From Octopus sinensis (taxonomy: Eukaryota): 64,000 bases of DNA. Of this stretch, positions 50,248-62,595 are shown piece after piece. The notes under the pieces were generated by a model. It had not been told where the DNA came from, did not search any database, and saw only the letters and a program-made list of their open reading frames with translations. Every line of letters begins with the position of its first letter. Position 1 is the first letter of the stretch. A program made the translations under genes and the position numbers. The stretch spans positions 15,065,360-15,129,359 of the forward strand of contig NC_043019.1 of assembly GCF_006345805.1 (NCBI RefSeq). Direction: 5' to 3'.

Positions 50248-52956
50248 CACCCAGTGCTTTGGGTGAATGTCTTAATAAGGCACTGGCTTGGTCAATGTCT
50301 TGAGAGGGAAATTTGGTAAAGAGAAACAATAACTGGAAGTTATTGCATGAGAGAGAGAGAGAGAGAGAGAGAGAGGAAGGGTGAGAGAGACAGACAGACT
50401 GTGTGTTCGCACATGGTTGTGTGGTAAGAAACTTGCTTCCCAACCACATGGTTCCAGGTTCAGTCCCACTGCACGGCACCACTATAGCCTTGGGCCAACC
50501 AAAGCCTTGTGAATGGATTTGGTAGACAGAAACTGAAAGAAGCCCGTCATGTGTGTGTGTCTGTCTGTTTGTCCCCATCCCACCACTTGAAAACCAGTAG
50601 TGTTGTCTTTGTGGCCCCTGTAACTTAGGTGTCTGACAAAAAGAGATCAACAGAATAAATTGGGGCCAATTCATTTGACTAAATATTCTTCAAGGCACTA
50701 CTACACCCAAGTAAAAGATAAAAACATTATATATATATATGAAAATTACTAAGGTCAATGTGTGTGTGTATATATATATATATACACACACATGCACACA
50801 CGCACACGCACACACACACACACACACACAAACACATGTATACATATACAAGCGTTTTGAACTTTTATTCTTTTGGTTGTTTCAGCATGGCCAATGGATA
50901 TAAAATTATGGTGGTGGTGGTGGTGGTGGTAGGGTGGATGTGTGTGTGTTGCCAGTAGAGGACTGCATGTGATGTATGGCAGTGCAATATGGACAAGAGG
51001 GCATTTAGAGAGAGCTACATGTGACGCATGGCGAGTGTAACATGGTGCCATGAACAGAGAGGCTTTGCCTCCGACGGCCCCCACACACACACACACGTCT
51101 ACCCCACCTCCCACTTGATAACCGGCGATGAGAAACCGACCGATGAAATAAATATCAGATCTTTAAAATGATGTACTGGCGAGAAGGGGGGATGGTGGGT
51201 GGAATCGATTCGTCTGACTAAACATTTCAAGGAAGGGGGGGATGAGGAAGAACTTGCCTCCACCCCACCCCTACCCTATCCCAGCATGGCTGTAGTCCAA
51301 TGAGCGAAATAAGTGAAAGACGAGCGGTAAGAGAAGGATAAAAACAAAACATCGTCAGGTACCGTCTGACCCAGGACGAAAAAGAGAAAAAAAAAAACGA
51401 AAAAAAAGGTAAAAAATAAAAATCGTCCTTGCTTCCATCTAAAATCAGTTTTAATTCAAAGAATAATTCTCCTGTCTTCAGGAAAGAACACAAAAGCATG
51501 ATTAAGAAGAAGAAGAAGAAGAAGAAAAAAAGCACGAGTCTTACGTAAAGACTTTGAAGAGAAAGAAGAAAGTTTGGAAGCGAGAGCAGTTTAGTTTTAC
51601 AATAAACAGGGCGACTATTTAAGAAATGCGCTGTTAGTAAACAGTGTTTTTACATAGCTATCTGGGGTAAGGGTAGCCGAGAGCGAGAGCGAGAGAGAGG
51701 GGGAAGGATGGAGACATACCCAGGGTGGATGTTCTCAGTCAGAACGGCTGCCGGTAGTCAGCAGTTCTGGTGATAAATTACGGTAGGAATATACTGTTAC
51801 TAGCAAACATAATAGTATACAGTAAGTTATATTACATTGAACACACACACACACACACACATATATATAAGGACGTATCACATTATATTGCGCGAAACCA
51901 GTGCTAGAAATAGAAGCTTAACTGAGCCGGGGGAATCACTACCGGCTAGAAATAGCAGTTAAACTCACTTAATTTCTGCTGTATCATCTTGGGAATGTAA
52001 TATATTTGATATTTGAAGAGAGCGGAATGCCTTTGATCGTGGTAGTAATCATAGGCTTGCTTGAACCAGAACTGACCTGGCAGCCAAACGACAATGTCAT
52101 CACTATTATAGACATTATTAACGTCAGCTTCGTAACAAAAGCCCTGTCTCCATCACCAACACTATCATCATCAACATCATCATCCTCAAATCCATTATCA
52201 TCCTCCACCATCATCATCACCACCCATATTCCTCTCCTCCGTGACAAATACAAGGATGGGGAAAGAAAAGAGAAAAGGAGTTTTATTCGAGCTATTCATC
52301 AATCGCTGTGGTAACAACTGTTATCAGTCGGTCTCCACGGTAACAAATGTTATCAGTCTCTGGCTCTACCATAAAGACAAGAAATTTAACATCTTAATAG
52401 CAATTCCCCGCCACCATAATCATTAAAATAACTTTGTCGAGTCTTCCATAGTTTTTCGTCATTATCATTTTATTGTATAGGTCTCCATACATGCTTTGAT
52501 CATGTCCGCAAAACACCGTCTCAGTTTTTGTTAATTTCTTTTTTTTTATTTAATAGATTAATCTATAGAAAACGGTTGTGGCCAAAAACTTCCATAGGCC
52601 CTGTTTGACTAGAGGCAGGAGTCAAGATCTTCACAGTCCCTGCGTGATGAGAGGATGTGGTCATGACTTTGCAAGTCCGATGTGACTGGGGGAGGGGGGC
52701 AGCATTGGATTAACCATTAAGCAAAATAAGCACGTGCTTAGGGTATCAAGGGAAGAAGGGGAGGCACCACAGAAATGGTAAATGGTTTACGGCACAAAAG
52801 AAATCACTTTAGGGTTAATATATATTCAAAGTGGCTTAGATGATCGGAAACATAGAAACTCTGCCAGATCAAATTGGAGTCTGGTGCAGCCATCTGGTTC
52901 GCCAGACCTCAGTCAAATAGTCCAACCCATACTAGCATGGAAAGCGGATGTTAAAC

Positions 52957-52992
<36 letters not shown>

Positions 52993-54848
52993 TTTATGGT
53001 TTATTATCATTTATATTTTGAATTACATTATAAATGGGGGCACCAAAATCTTTTAAGTGCTTTGGGCTGCTATAGGTCTTAATCTAGCCCTGTTGGGTCC
53101 AGTGGACATGACCTTTATAATCCCTATGTCACTGGGACTAGTACCTGTGGCTTTTACAGGCCTTCCTAAAGCACCGAGACTGAAGGAAGTAAAGCAGTGC
53201 ACACGAGCAGCACTAAAGATGACCATAACTGGCATGTTTCACCTGTAGATTACTCCCAGGAATTCAATTACTTACCTGTGTGATATAAATTTACAGAAGC
53301 CAAGTTGGCCACAACCACCTTAGTGCCTGCCTGGCTGTCTGCAGTGAGATTTGAACTAATGATCTATTGGTTTACATATATTGCAGAATTTTATTTAACC
53401 ACTGATTGAAATATTTACAGTTGTTGTCCTTGGCTCCAGCTAGGCCCTGGTCAAGCATACCATTGATCATCAGCATTCAATTTAGGATCATCATCATGAT
53501 CATCATCATCGTTTAACGTCCGCTTTCCATGCTAGCATGGGTTGGACGATTTGACTGAGGACTGGCGAACCAGATAGCTGCACCAGACTCCAATCTTGAT
53601 CTGGCAGACTTTCTACAGTTGGAAATCCTTCCTAACGCCAACCACTCCGAGAGTGTAGCGGGTGCTTTTACGAGCCCCCAGCACAAGGGCCAGTCAGGCA
53701 GTACTGGCAACGGCCACAAAAAGATAGTTTATTTCTTTTTATTCACAATGTTTTGAATTAATCTTGTTTTATTAAGGTTTCAATGATGTAATTGCTTATT
53801 TTCACAATGTCATTGTAGGGTTGGTTTCAGCAGCCAAATCAGGCTAATTTGAACATGAAACAGGCAGAATATTTTTGACTAGATATGACTAATTTAAATG
53901 CCAAACAATTAACCATTTAGCATTCCGATTACTCTGTCAAATATAATGCTTATTTATTTACATCGTTTTGAATTAATCGTGCATTATCTCTTAGCTTTGA
54001 GATTTCAATGATGAGGTTATTTATTTTCAGAATGGCATTGTAGGGTAGGTATGAGAGTCTGGACATGGCCAGTTTGAGCATAAAAACAAGTAGAATATCT
54101 GAGCTGGGTATGGTCAGTTTAAATGCTCAACATTTAAGCCATGGCCATCCTTAGATGCATAGGGTAGATGTTTTCAACCACTGTACCAAGTGTTATGGTG
54201 CACAAATGCACATGGAGGTGTTTCACAGGTTTCTGAAGAAGGTTAGAAAATGCAAGTAAAGAAAACAAAAACAAAAACATTGGTGCTGAAGCCACACGAA
54301 AAACACCCAGCACACTCTGTAGAGTGGTTGGCATTAGGAAGAGCTTCTAGTCATAGAAACCTTGCCAAAAGTGACAAGGGCCTTGCCAGCACCAATCAAA
54401 CCATCCAACACATTCCAGCATGGAAAGAGACACTAAATGAAATAAAATGATGATGATGATGAGGAGGAGGAGGAGGGTGGTGATGGTGATGATGATGATG
54501 ATGATGATGATGGTGATGAGTGATTTTAATGCTTTTGCGCCAGGACATATGCATTCTTTTCGAGTAAAGGGTAACGTGTGTGCACTCATCACCGTTTTTA
54601 AAACTCTCAGTATTCTTTTAGTCTTTTGCTTGTTTCAGTGTGTTTTTTTTCAGTCCATATTCTCTCTAAGGAAATTTTTTTGTTCTCCTAAAACGACATC
54701 TGAAGAGTCCAATCCCTGCCAGCATGGAAAACTGGCAGTCCGTCAGTTACAACGATGAGGCTCCCCGATTGATCCGATCAACAGAACAGCTTCCTCATGA
54801 AATTAACGTGCAAGTGGCTGAGTGCTCCACAGACCTGCATACCCTTAA

Positions 54849-55070
54849 CCCTTTTATTACCAACCCGGCTGAAATTGTCTCTGGCTCTGTAGTACAAATG
54901 TCTTGCTTTCAAAAGCTCTGAATTAAAACCTTCCACCAAACCTTAGTCACAATTTATGTTCCTAACCCTAGCTGAATGATAACTAAGTTATTTTACTAAA
55001 TTCTTTGTTATAGTTAAATTTAATTGAAAGTAACACAGAACATCTCAACGGAAATACAGTAATGAAAGGG
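54849..55070 (-). mobile_element. piggyBac-type MITE inserted at a TTAA inside a SINE A fragment
   Basis: TTAA at 54845-48 and 55071-74; the SINE sequence cccTTAA|tgtagttctc resumes exactly after it. Confidence 0.85.
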
Positions 55071-55357
55071 TTAATGTAGTTCTCAGGGAGATTCAGCATG
55101 ACACAGAGTGTGACAAGGCTGGCCCTTTGAAATACAGGTACTATTCATTTCAACCAGCTGAGTGGACTGGAACAAAGAGAAATAAAGTGTCTTGCTCAAG
55201 GACATAACACGTCACCAGGAATTGAACTCATGACCTTACGATCACGAGCCAAATACCCTAACCACTAAGCCATATGCCTTCACTGCCAGCATAGGAACCA
55301 GACATTAAATGATGTCAGCAATGTCTTTCCAAGTCCAAGTGTACATCAACTTCTTAA

Positions 55358-55577
55358 CCTTTTCGTTACCAACCTGGCTGAAACTGGCTCTGGCTCTGAG
55401 TACAAATGTCTTGTTTTCATAAGTTTTGAATAAAAATCTTCCACCAAACCTTAGTCACAATTTATGTTCCTAACACTAGCTTAATGATGACTAAGTTATT
55501 TTATTAAATTCTTTGTTATATTTGAAGTAACTGAAAGAATCACAGAACATCTCAAAATAAATACAGTAGCGAAAGGG
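55358..55577 (-). mobile_element. piggyBac-type MITE, TTAA TSD
   Basis: TTAA at 55354-57 and 55578-81. Confidence 0.85.
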
Positions 55578-56023
55578 TTAAATATGATTGAACACACTCA
55601 TACTTCATTCAACATTGCTTAGCACTCCTCCAGTAAAACACAATAATTTGTTTTGATTTAATTTTGTAAGTTAAAAATAATTTTGTTTTAAATAATTACA
55701 TCATCATCAAGTTAATATCTGGAACATAAATTAACACGGAATTCTGATGGGAGGTTTTTACTTGAGGTCATTTCAAAGCAGGGAGCGTATACCACAGAAC
55801 CAGGTGTGGCTTCATTTGGGTTCATAACAAAAGGGTTATTGTTGAAATTAGAGAAGAATGCATCATCAGAAGAGGAGGGGAAGATCCATCAAGTCCATCC
55901 CTGTTACAGATTTGCTAATTTTACAATTTGTAAAATTCCATCGTGAAATCTTCCCTGACTTACATTTTTCTAGCCATTAGACTGTTGCCCATGTATTTTG
56001 ATTAATCCAATATAACTGGACAG

Positions 56024-56073
<50 letters not shown>

Positions 56074-56332
56074 ATATGAGTAGCTCTACCACTTTTGCTA
56101 CCTCTGCATTTCACTGCCGGTCATTTAGTGAGTGAAATAAATCTAATTGTCCAGATATAAAATCTATATAGCTATATTTATCTATCAATTTATCTATCTA
56201 TCTACCTATATATATCAACGTGACCGACCAGGCCATCAGATGTTACTACACATCGCTGGTCACAATGCGCTTCGCATTGTTTTAGCCTTCAAATGACGCC
56301 ACCCCGCTGGCTAAGCGACCAGGCCAATAGAA

Positions 56333-56759
56333 GAAAGAGTGAGAGAAAGTTGTGGCGAAAGAGCACAGCAGGGGTCGCCACCACCCCCTGCCGGAGCCTC
56401 ATGAAGCTTTAGGTGTTTTCGCTCAATAAACACTCACAACGCCCGGTCTGGAATCAAAACCGCGATCCTCCGACCGCGAGTCCACTGCCCCAACCACTGG
56501 GTTATTGCGCCTCCACACACACACACACACACATATATATATTGTGGTACTCCATCGGTTATGGTGACTAGGGTTCCAGTTGATCGAGCAACAGAACAGC
56601 CTGCTCGTGAAATTCAATGTGCAAGTGGCTGAGTCCTCCACAGACACGTGTACTCTTAACGTAGTTCTCGAGGAGATTCAGCATGACACAGAGTGGGACA
56701 AGTCTGGCCCTTTGAAATACAGGTACAACAGAAACAAGAAGAAAGAGTGAGAGAAAGAA
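56333..56759 (-). mobile_element. Two SINE family A fragments
   Basis: 5' half at 56333-56513 and 3' half at about 56545-56755. Confidence 0.75.
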
Positions 56760-56990
56760 GGCATATGGCATAGTGGTTAAGAGCACAGGCTATTCTGAGT
56801 TCAATTCCAGGCAGTGACCTGAATGATAATAATATTAATAATAATAATAACAATGATAACATCGAAAAATATCTTAGGAATGAGAACCCAGGTTCAAAAT
56901 TTCCCCAAGACACCTGATGAAGGCTGGAGGGTATATCAGCCGAAACATTGTGTTAACAACAAACAAGATGAGGACAAATATCCATCAAAC
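56760..56990 (+). mobile_element. tRNA-headed SINE carrying a hammerhead motif (HHR at 56909-56954)
   Basis: A box tggcatagtgg, B box gagttcaattcc, (TAA)n, body, then gacac CTGATGA a ggctg gagggtatat cagcc GAAA c ATT gtgtt. Confidence 0.75.
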
Positions 56991-57314
56991 TAACAATCGT
57001 TATCAAGCAGTGGAGAGACAAATACACAAATACATTATATATAAGTGTGTGTGTGTGTGTATGAGTGTATAGATATATATATATACACACGTGTGTGTAC
57101 CTGTATGTGTACTTCTTTGTCTTGACATCTCATGATAATTGTCAACAAGTGTTATTTGTTTCCAATCTTCCATGAAAACATGTCTGGCCACCGAGATATA
57201 TTGGCTTGCTTGGAAACAAGCAAGGATTAGCAACAGGAAGGTCATCCAGCTGTAGGAAATTTGTCTCAACAAATTCCAATTCTGTCTGACCTGTGCAAGC
57301 ATGGAAAAGGGGAC

Positions 57315-57610
57315 AGTGATGATGTTGATGAGAGTGATGACGACAATGATGATGATGATGATGACAACAGTGACAATATGGACAATGACGGTGATGATGA
57401 TGATAAATGATAATGACAGCTATAATGAAGATGATGATAAAGATGATTATGATGACAATGATAATGATGAGCTTGACAACAATGACAACAACAAAAGCAA
57501 CAAAAATGATGATGATGATGATTATGACAACGGTGATGATGATGGCAATGATGATGATGATGGCAATGATGCTGATGATGATTATGACAGTGATGATGCC
57601 GATGACGATA
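57315..57610. repeat. Degenerate (GAT/GAC/AAT)n array growing from an RTE tail
   Basis: Follows gcatggaaaagggga, an RTE 3' end. Confidence 0.85.
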
Positions 57611-58716
57611 CACCAAACACCTACAGACTGATGACAGACAAGAGACAAGCCCTGGTGATTTAGCTACCAGCCAGGTGTAAAGTTGCCGACTGATGAGAGG
57701 TGGACAGACAGACAGAGAGAGGAATCAGGCTCTTGTTTCCCAGCCCATATCACTTCATTAGTTCCAGGTTCTGTGCGGTGAGGAATGTGAACCATCTTTC
57801 AATAACATTTCATTCCAAAAGCCAGAACCATTTTGTTTGCTTTTTTCTTTTTTCCTTCCTTATATATATATATATGTATTTTTTTTTTTTTTGGTGAGGA
57901 GGGGTTGTTTTGTTTTGCTTTTAGTTTTTAGGGTTATTTTTTCAGATTTTTTTTGTTTCCTCTTGCAACATCACACATTCTTGATTGGTGCCCCCACATT
58001 AAATTTATTACATCATCACCATCATATCATATATCACCATCACATCATCATCACCATCACATCACCATCACCATCACATCGTCATCACCATCATCATCAT
58101 CATCACATCATCATCACCATCATCATCTTCGTTGTCAGCACACTCATATCCTTTATCATTTACTTATTTCAGCCATTAGGCTGTGGCCATGTTGGGGCAC
58201 TGCCTAGAAGAATTTTAACCAAACAAATCGACCCCAGTACCAATTTTTTAAGCTTGGTTCTTATTATGACAGTCTTTTTTGCCAAACTGCTAAGTCTCTT
58301 TGTCTCTGTATTTGTCCCCACCACCATCACCACTGCTTGACAATGGGTGTTGGTGTGTTTATGTCCCCCGTAACTTAGCAGTTTAGCAAAAGTGGTTAGA
58401 GTGTTGCCCTCATGGTTGCAAGATGGTGGTTTCAGAGCCTAGACTGAGTGGTGCATTGCATTCTTGAGCAAGACACTTCATCTTGCGTCGCTCTGCAATT
58501 GCTTTGACACCTGACTTGTGATACACCACACACCTATTCAGGCAACGTCAGTTTGAAGGAGGGAGTGAGAGTTCTTCAAGGACAGCACAAGCATTTGATC
58601 TACGTAGGCTGCTGTTCATAGATCCTGGCATCCACCATATCTGTTCCTCTAGAATTTTTTCTTGCTTTAATTTCTTTCATTCAGTCTTCAGTCACCATAC
58701 CATGACACCACTTTCA

Positions 58717-59750
58717 TAGGCCTTCCTTCAGGGCAACAAAATCCAAAAGGATAGCTGGAAGCAGGACACTGAAGCAGAGATGAAGAATCAAAGATCCAAC
58801 TGGAGAAAAGCAGGAAAAAACAGCCTGGTGTTGAGAACAAGAGAGAAATGTAGTAAATGCATTTTACTCCATGGGGAGCAAATTGCTTCTGTAATACACC
58901 ACATGTTGTCTTCTACATTCACTGCACCATGTGACTCTGCCATACATCCTGACATTCACCAAATTTATTCTAGTTTGTTTCTCATGCTTTTATACTTTTG
59001 TATTCTGTTTTTATTTCCATGCTGCAGCCCCACCTTTAGGGGTTTCAATCAATTAAATTAACCCTGATAGGCCTTCCTTCAGTGCAGCAAAATCCAAAAG
59101 GATAGCTGGAAGCTAGATCCTGCAGCAGAACTGAAGAAGCAAGGATCCAACAGGAGAGATGCAGAAAAATACAGCCCAGGTTTGACAACAGTATGGAAAA
59201 GTCCTCAATGTCCTACACTACATAAAGAGCAAAAGGCTTCAGTGATACACCACATGTCACCCTCTTCTACATTCCCTGCACCATGTGACTCTACCATAAT
59301 CCTGATTATTTACCACATTTGTTCTACTTTATTTTTCTTGCTCATACTCTTGTATTCTGTTTTCAATAGCAATGCTATGCTACCACCTTCGAGGGTTTCA
59401 TTCAATTAAATTAACCCTGATAGGCCTTCTTTTAATGCAGCAACATCCAAAAGCATAACTGAGGACAGGATATTTTTTTGTACTCTAGGCACAAGGCCTG
59501 AAATTTTTGGAGGCAGTCAATTAGATTGACCCCAGTATGCAACTGGTACTCAATTTATCAACCCCGAAAGGCTGAAAGACAAAGTCAACCTCAGCAGAAT
59601 ATAACTGGGGACAGGATACCGAGGCAGAAATGAGAAAGGATCCAATAGGAGAGAAGCAGAAAAGAGAGCCCAGAGTGAAGATCAGTATCGAAAAGTGGTT
59701 GCTGAACTCACTCCATTACAAGTGAAGTGCTTCAGCGAGTAAATATATAT
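58717..59750 (+). repeat. Three diverged ~352-bp tandem units; the third is interrupted by a SINE with an 18-bp TSD
   Basis: taggccttc at 58717, 59068 and 59421; TSD ataactg(a/g)ggacaggata at 59455-72 and 59601-18. Confidence 0.85.
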
Positions 59751-59867
59751 AGCATCAATTAACTTGATACACAAAGCATCTTAGCATAAGTATAAACTCA
59801 ACTGACACACATAGCATTTAGGAATACAGCTTGGTGAACTGGTACACATGACATCTATAATCTAGGG

Positions 59868-60865
59868 CAGTGGTTCTCAACCGGGGCCCAAATGATCCCT
59901 GGGGGTCCATGCAAGCAAAATAGCAAATTGGGTGTCCAATGTAGTATATTAAGGGCCCATGAAAAAAAGGTTTGCTTCAGATGTATTTATTGCAAGAAAT
60001 GGCTAAATTCCTTTTTCTCTAACGTTCGACCTACACAAGTAAATATGTCAAAAGTGAAATAAGAATTTTGAAAGCGGTAGCTATAAAACTAGTTTATGAT
60101 CATGGAATAGCCATGGGGGTCCATCGGAATAAAAGAGTAATCAAAGGGGGTCCATGCAAGCATATAGTGAATTGGGAAGCCACAATAATATTTCAAGGGC
60201 CCCTGAAAAGATTTAGTTTTAGATCTGTGTAATCGGTGTGTATTGCAAGAAACAGCTAGGTTTTATTCTCTGATATTTTACAGAGATCATTGGAATAAAA
60301 TGATATTCAAAGAGAGTTCGAAGATAAAAAATGGTTGAGAACTACATTTTAACATAGTTCAACCTACACAAGATAATACATGAAAAGCAAAATGGAAATT
60401 TTGAAAGAAGTATTTATAAAACTAGTTTGTGAACATGGAATGTCTATGGGGTTCCACCGGAATAAAATGGTATTCAAAGAGAGTTCAAAGATAGAAAATG
60501 GTTGAGAACCACATTTTAACATAGTTCAATCGACATAAGTGAATGTGTGAAAAGCAAGATAGGAATTTTGAAAGAAATATTTATAAAATTTGTTTATGAA
60601 CCTGAAATGGCTCTGGGATAGGGTCCATCAGAATAAAACGGTAATCAAAAGGTACCACAGATAAAAAAAAAAGTAGTTGAGAACCACGTATAACATAGTT
60701 CAACCTACACAATACATGAAAAGCAAAACAGGAATTTCGAAAGAAGTATCTATAAAAATACTTTATGTCCATGGAATGGCTATAGGGTGGGGTCTACTAG
60801 AATAAAATAGTAATTAAAGGGATCCCTAGATTTAAAAAGAAAAACAAAACAGTTGAGAACCACTG
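59868..60865 (+). mobile_element. hAT/Charlie-like non-autonomous element with tandemly reiterated right end
   Basis: TIR CAGTGGTTCTCAAC at 59868 and GTTGAGAACCACTG ending at 60865; extra gttgagaac at 60334, 60501 and 60676. Left flank atctaggg fits the Charlie NTCTAGAN preference; no matching right TSD. Confidence 0.7.
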
Positions 60866-62027
60866 ACCGATGAAGTATTATTTTGACTGTGAGAGATGTA
60901 CAATGCACAGCATCAAAGACTAAGGAATATAGTGTCAATTTTTCTTTTTTTTAAGTGTTAGATCAAAGAAGTAGGTAAAAATGTCTCTGCCCCATCTTTA
61001 TTCTTACCTCATAAACGTAGGCATTATTAATCCTGAAGTAGGCAGAATATATCCAAGGTGAACATTTTCGAATAACTTTTAAAAGCGTGTTAAGACTCCT
61101 CGCTGTATGTTATATACACATAAACATACGCATGCACACAGACACGCATATATAGAGATGCCTGTATGTTGCGTGTGGCGGCAGTATACTATAAACACTT
61201 GTGTCACAGAACTTAGAAGTTTGCTGGCAGCTTGACAATACTTGGTTGTGTATGCGAGAGGGTGTGCACTTGGCTGTGTATGTGCGTGAGTGCGTGTGTG
61301 TGTGCGTGTGTGTGAAGCTGGTTTTGAGTGTGTCAGTGTGTGTGTGTGCGGCTCTAGATGTGTGTATGCATGTGTGAGGAAAGAGAGAGAGAGAGAGAGA
61401 GGGAGAGAGAGTGTTTGCCAACAGTGGTAGTAGTATCGTAAGAGTTAAGCAACAGAGGAAGTAGGATGAGTGAACAACTGTGGAGGCAGGAGATGATGAG
61501 ATGAGGAGCGGGAGGAGTATAATTAGAGCATGTGTGTGTGTGTGTGTGTGTGTTCGCGTGCGATGGGATGGGGGGGGGTCGAAAGGGAGTGGAGTGAGAA
61601 TTTAAACAGAACAAAAATGCAAACCAAGACAAAAAAAAGGGAAAAAGCAAAGATAGAAAATATGTAAAAAAAAATATATAAATAAAAAAGATAAAAATTA
61701 AAGAAAATGCAATTAAATTTAATTAAATATTTTCCATTCGTTGAATAATATAGTCTTTTTTTATTTATTTATTTGTTTGTTTCTTTCATCTTGTACTTAT
61801 TTCAGTCGTTAGACTGCGGCCATGCTGGGGCACTAGCTTGAAGAATTTTTAGACAAATGAATCGGCCCCAATGCTTTTTTTTTTTTTCATAAACCTGGTA
61901 CTTATTATATCGGCCTCCTTTGCCAAACTGCTAAGTTACAGGGACGTAAACTCAAACGCTACTTGTCAAGGGTGGTGGGGGACAAACACCGATACAAAGG
62001 CACACACACACACACACATACTTATTT

Positions 62028-62064
<37 letters not shown>

Positions 62065-62067
62065 ATA

Positions 62068-62595
62068 CAAGGGTGAGTCAAAAAGTAATGCCATTTTGTT
62101 TAGGACAGGTATAATTACCAACACAGGAACATGTATCATACATCAAAATGATCCCTACTGCTCAATATGGTCACCGTGTTTCTCCCAACAGCAATGTTCC
62201 ACCTTCCAGCAAGAGCATGTATCCCTGCCCCGTAAAATTCTGTTGACTGTTCTTTGAGCCACTTCTTCAATACAGTTTTCACTTCCTCATCACTGGAATA
62301 ATGTTTGCCTCTCAAACCTTCTTTCATGGGGCCGAAGAGATAATAGTCCAGTGGCGAGGAAGTGAAAACTGTAGTGAAGAAGTGGCTCAAAGAACAGTCA
62401 ACAGAATTTTACAGGGCAGGGATACATGCTCTCATTCGAAGGTGGAACATTGCTATTGAGAGAAACGGTGACTATGTTGAGAAGCAGGGATGTGATCCAC
62501 AGAGGACCAGCTTCATTTTGATGTATGAAACATAGTCCTGTGTTGGTAATTATACCTGTCCTAAAAAAATGGCATTACTTTTTGACTCACCCTCT
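62068..62595. mobile_element. Fold-back mariner MITE built from two inverted 3' ends; TA TSD
   Basis: TIR c(a/g)agggtgagtcaaaaagtaatgccatttt at both ends. The minus strand encodes PLDYYLFGPMKEGLRGKHYSSDEEVKTVLKKWLKEQSTEFY; the plus strand repeats EVKTVVKKWLKEQSTEFY..GIHALIRRWNIAIERNGDYVEK. Confidence 0.9.

Noticed and set aside
51984-52314. Overlapping ORFs with hydrophobic stretches and a possible minus-strand micro-exon
   Set aside because: Partly (CAT)n-derived, no polypyrimidine tract, no recognisable homology.
52633-52688. C/D snoRNA candidate (GTGATGA, terminal cagtc/gactg stem)
   Set aside because: The D box is CCGA, not CTGA; only 56 nt; no recognisable guide.
53276-53338. 63-nt minus-strand exon with perfect CAG|GTAAGT donor (SQAGTKVVVANL...)
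   Set aside because: Asymmetric phases, weak acceptor context, no partner exons; such donors arise by chance in 64 kb.
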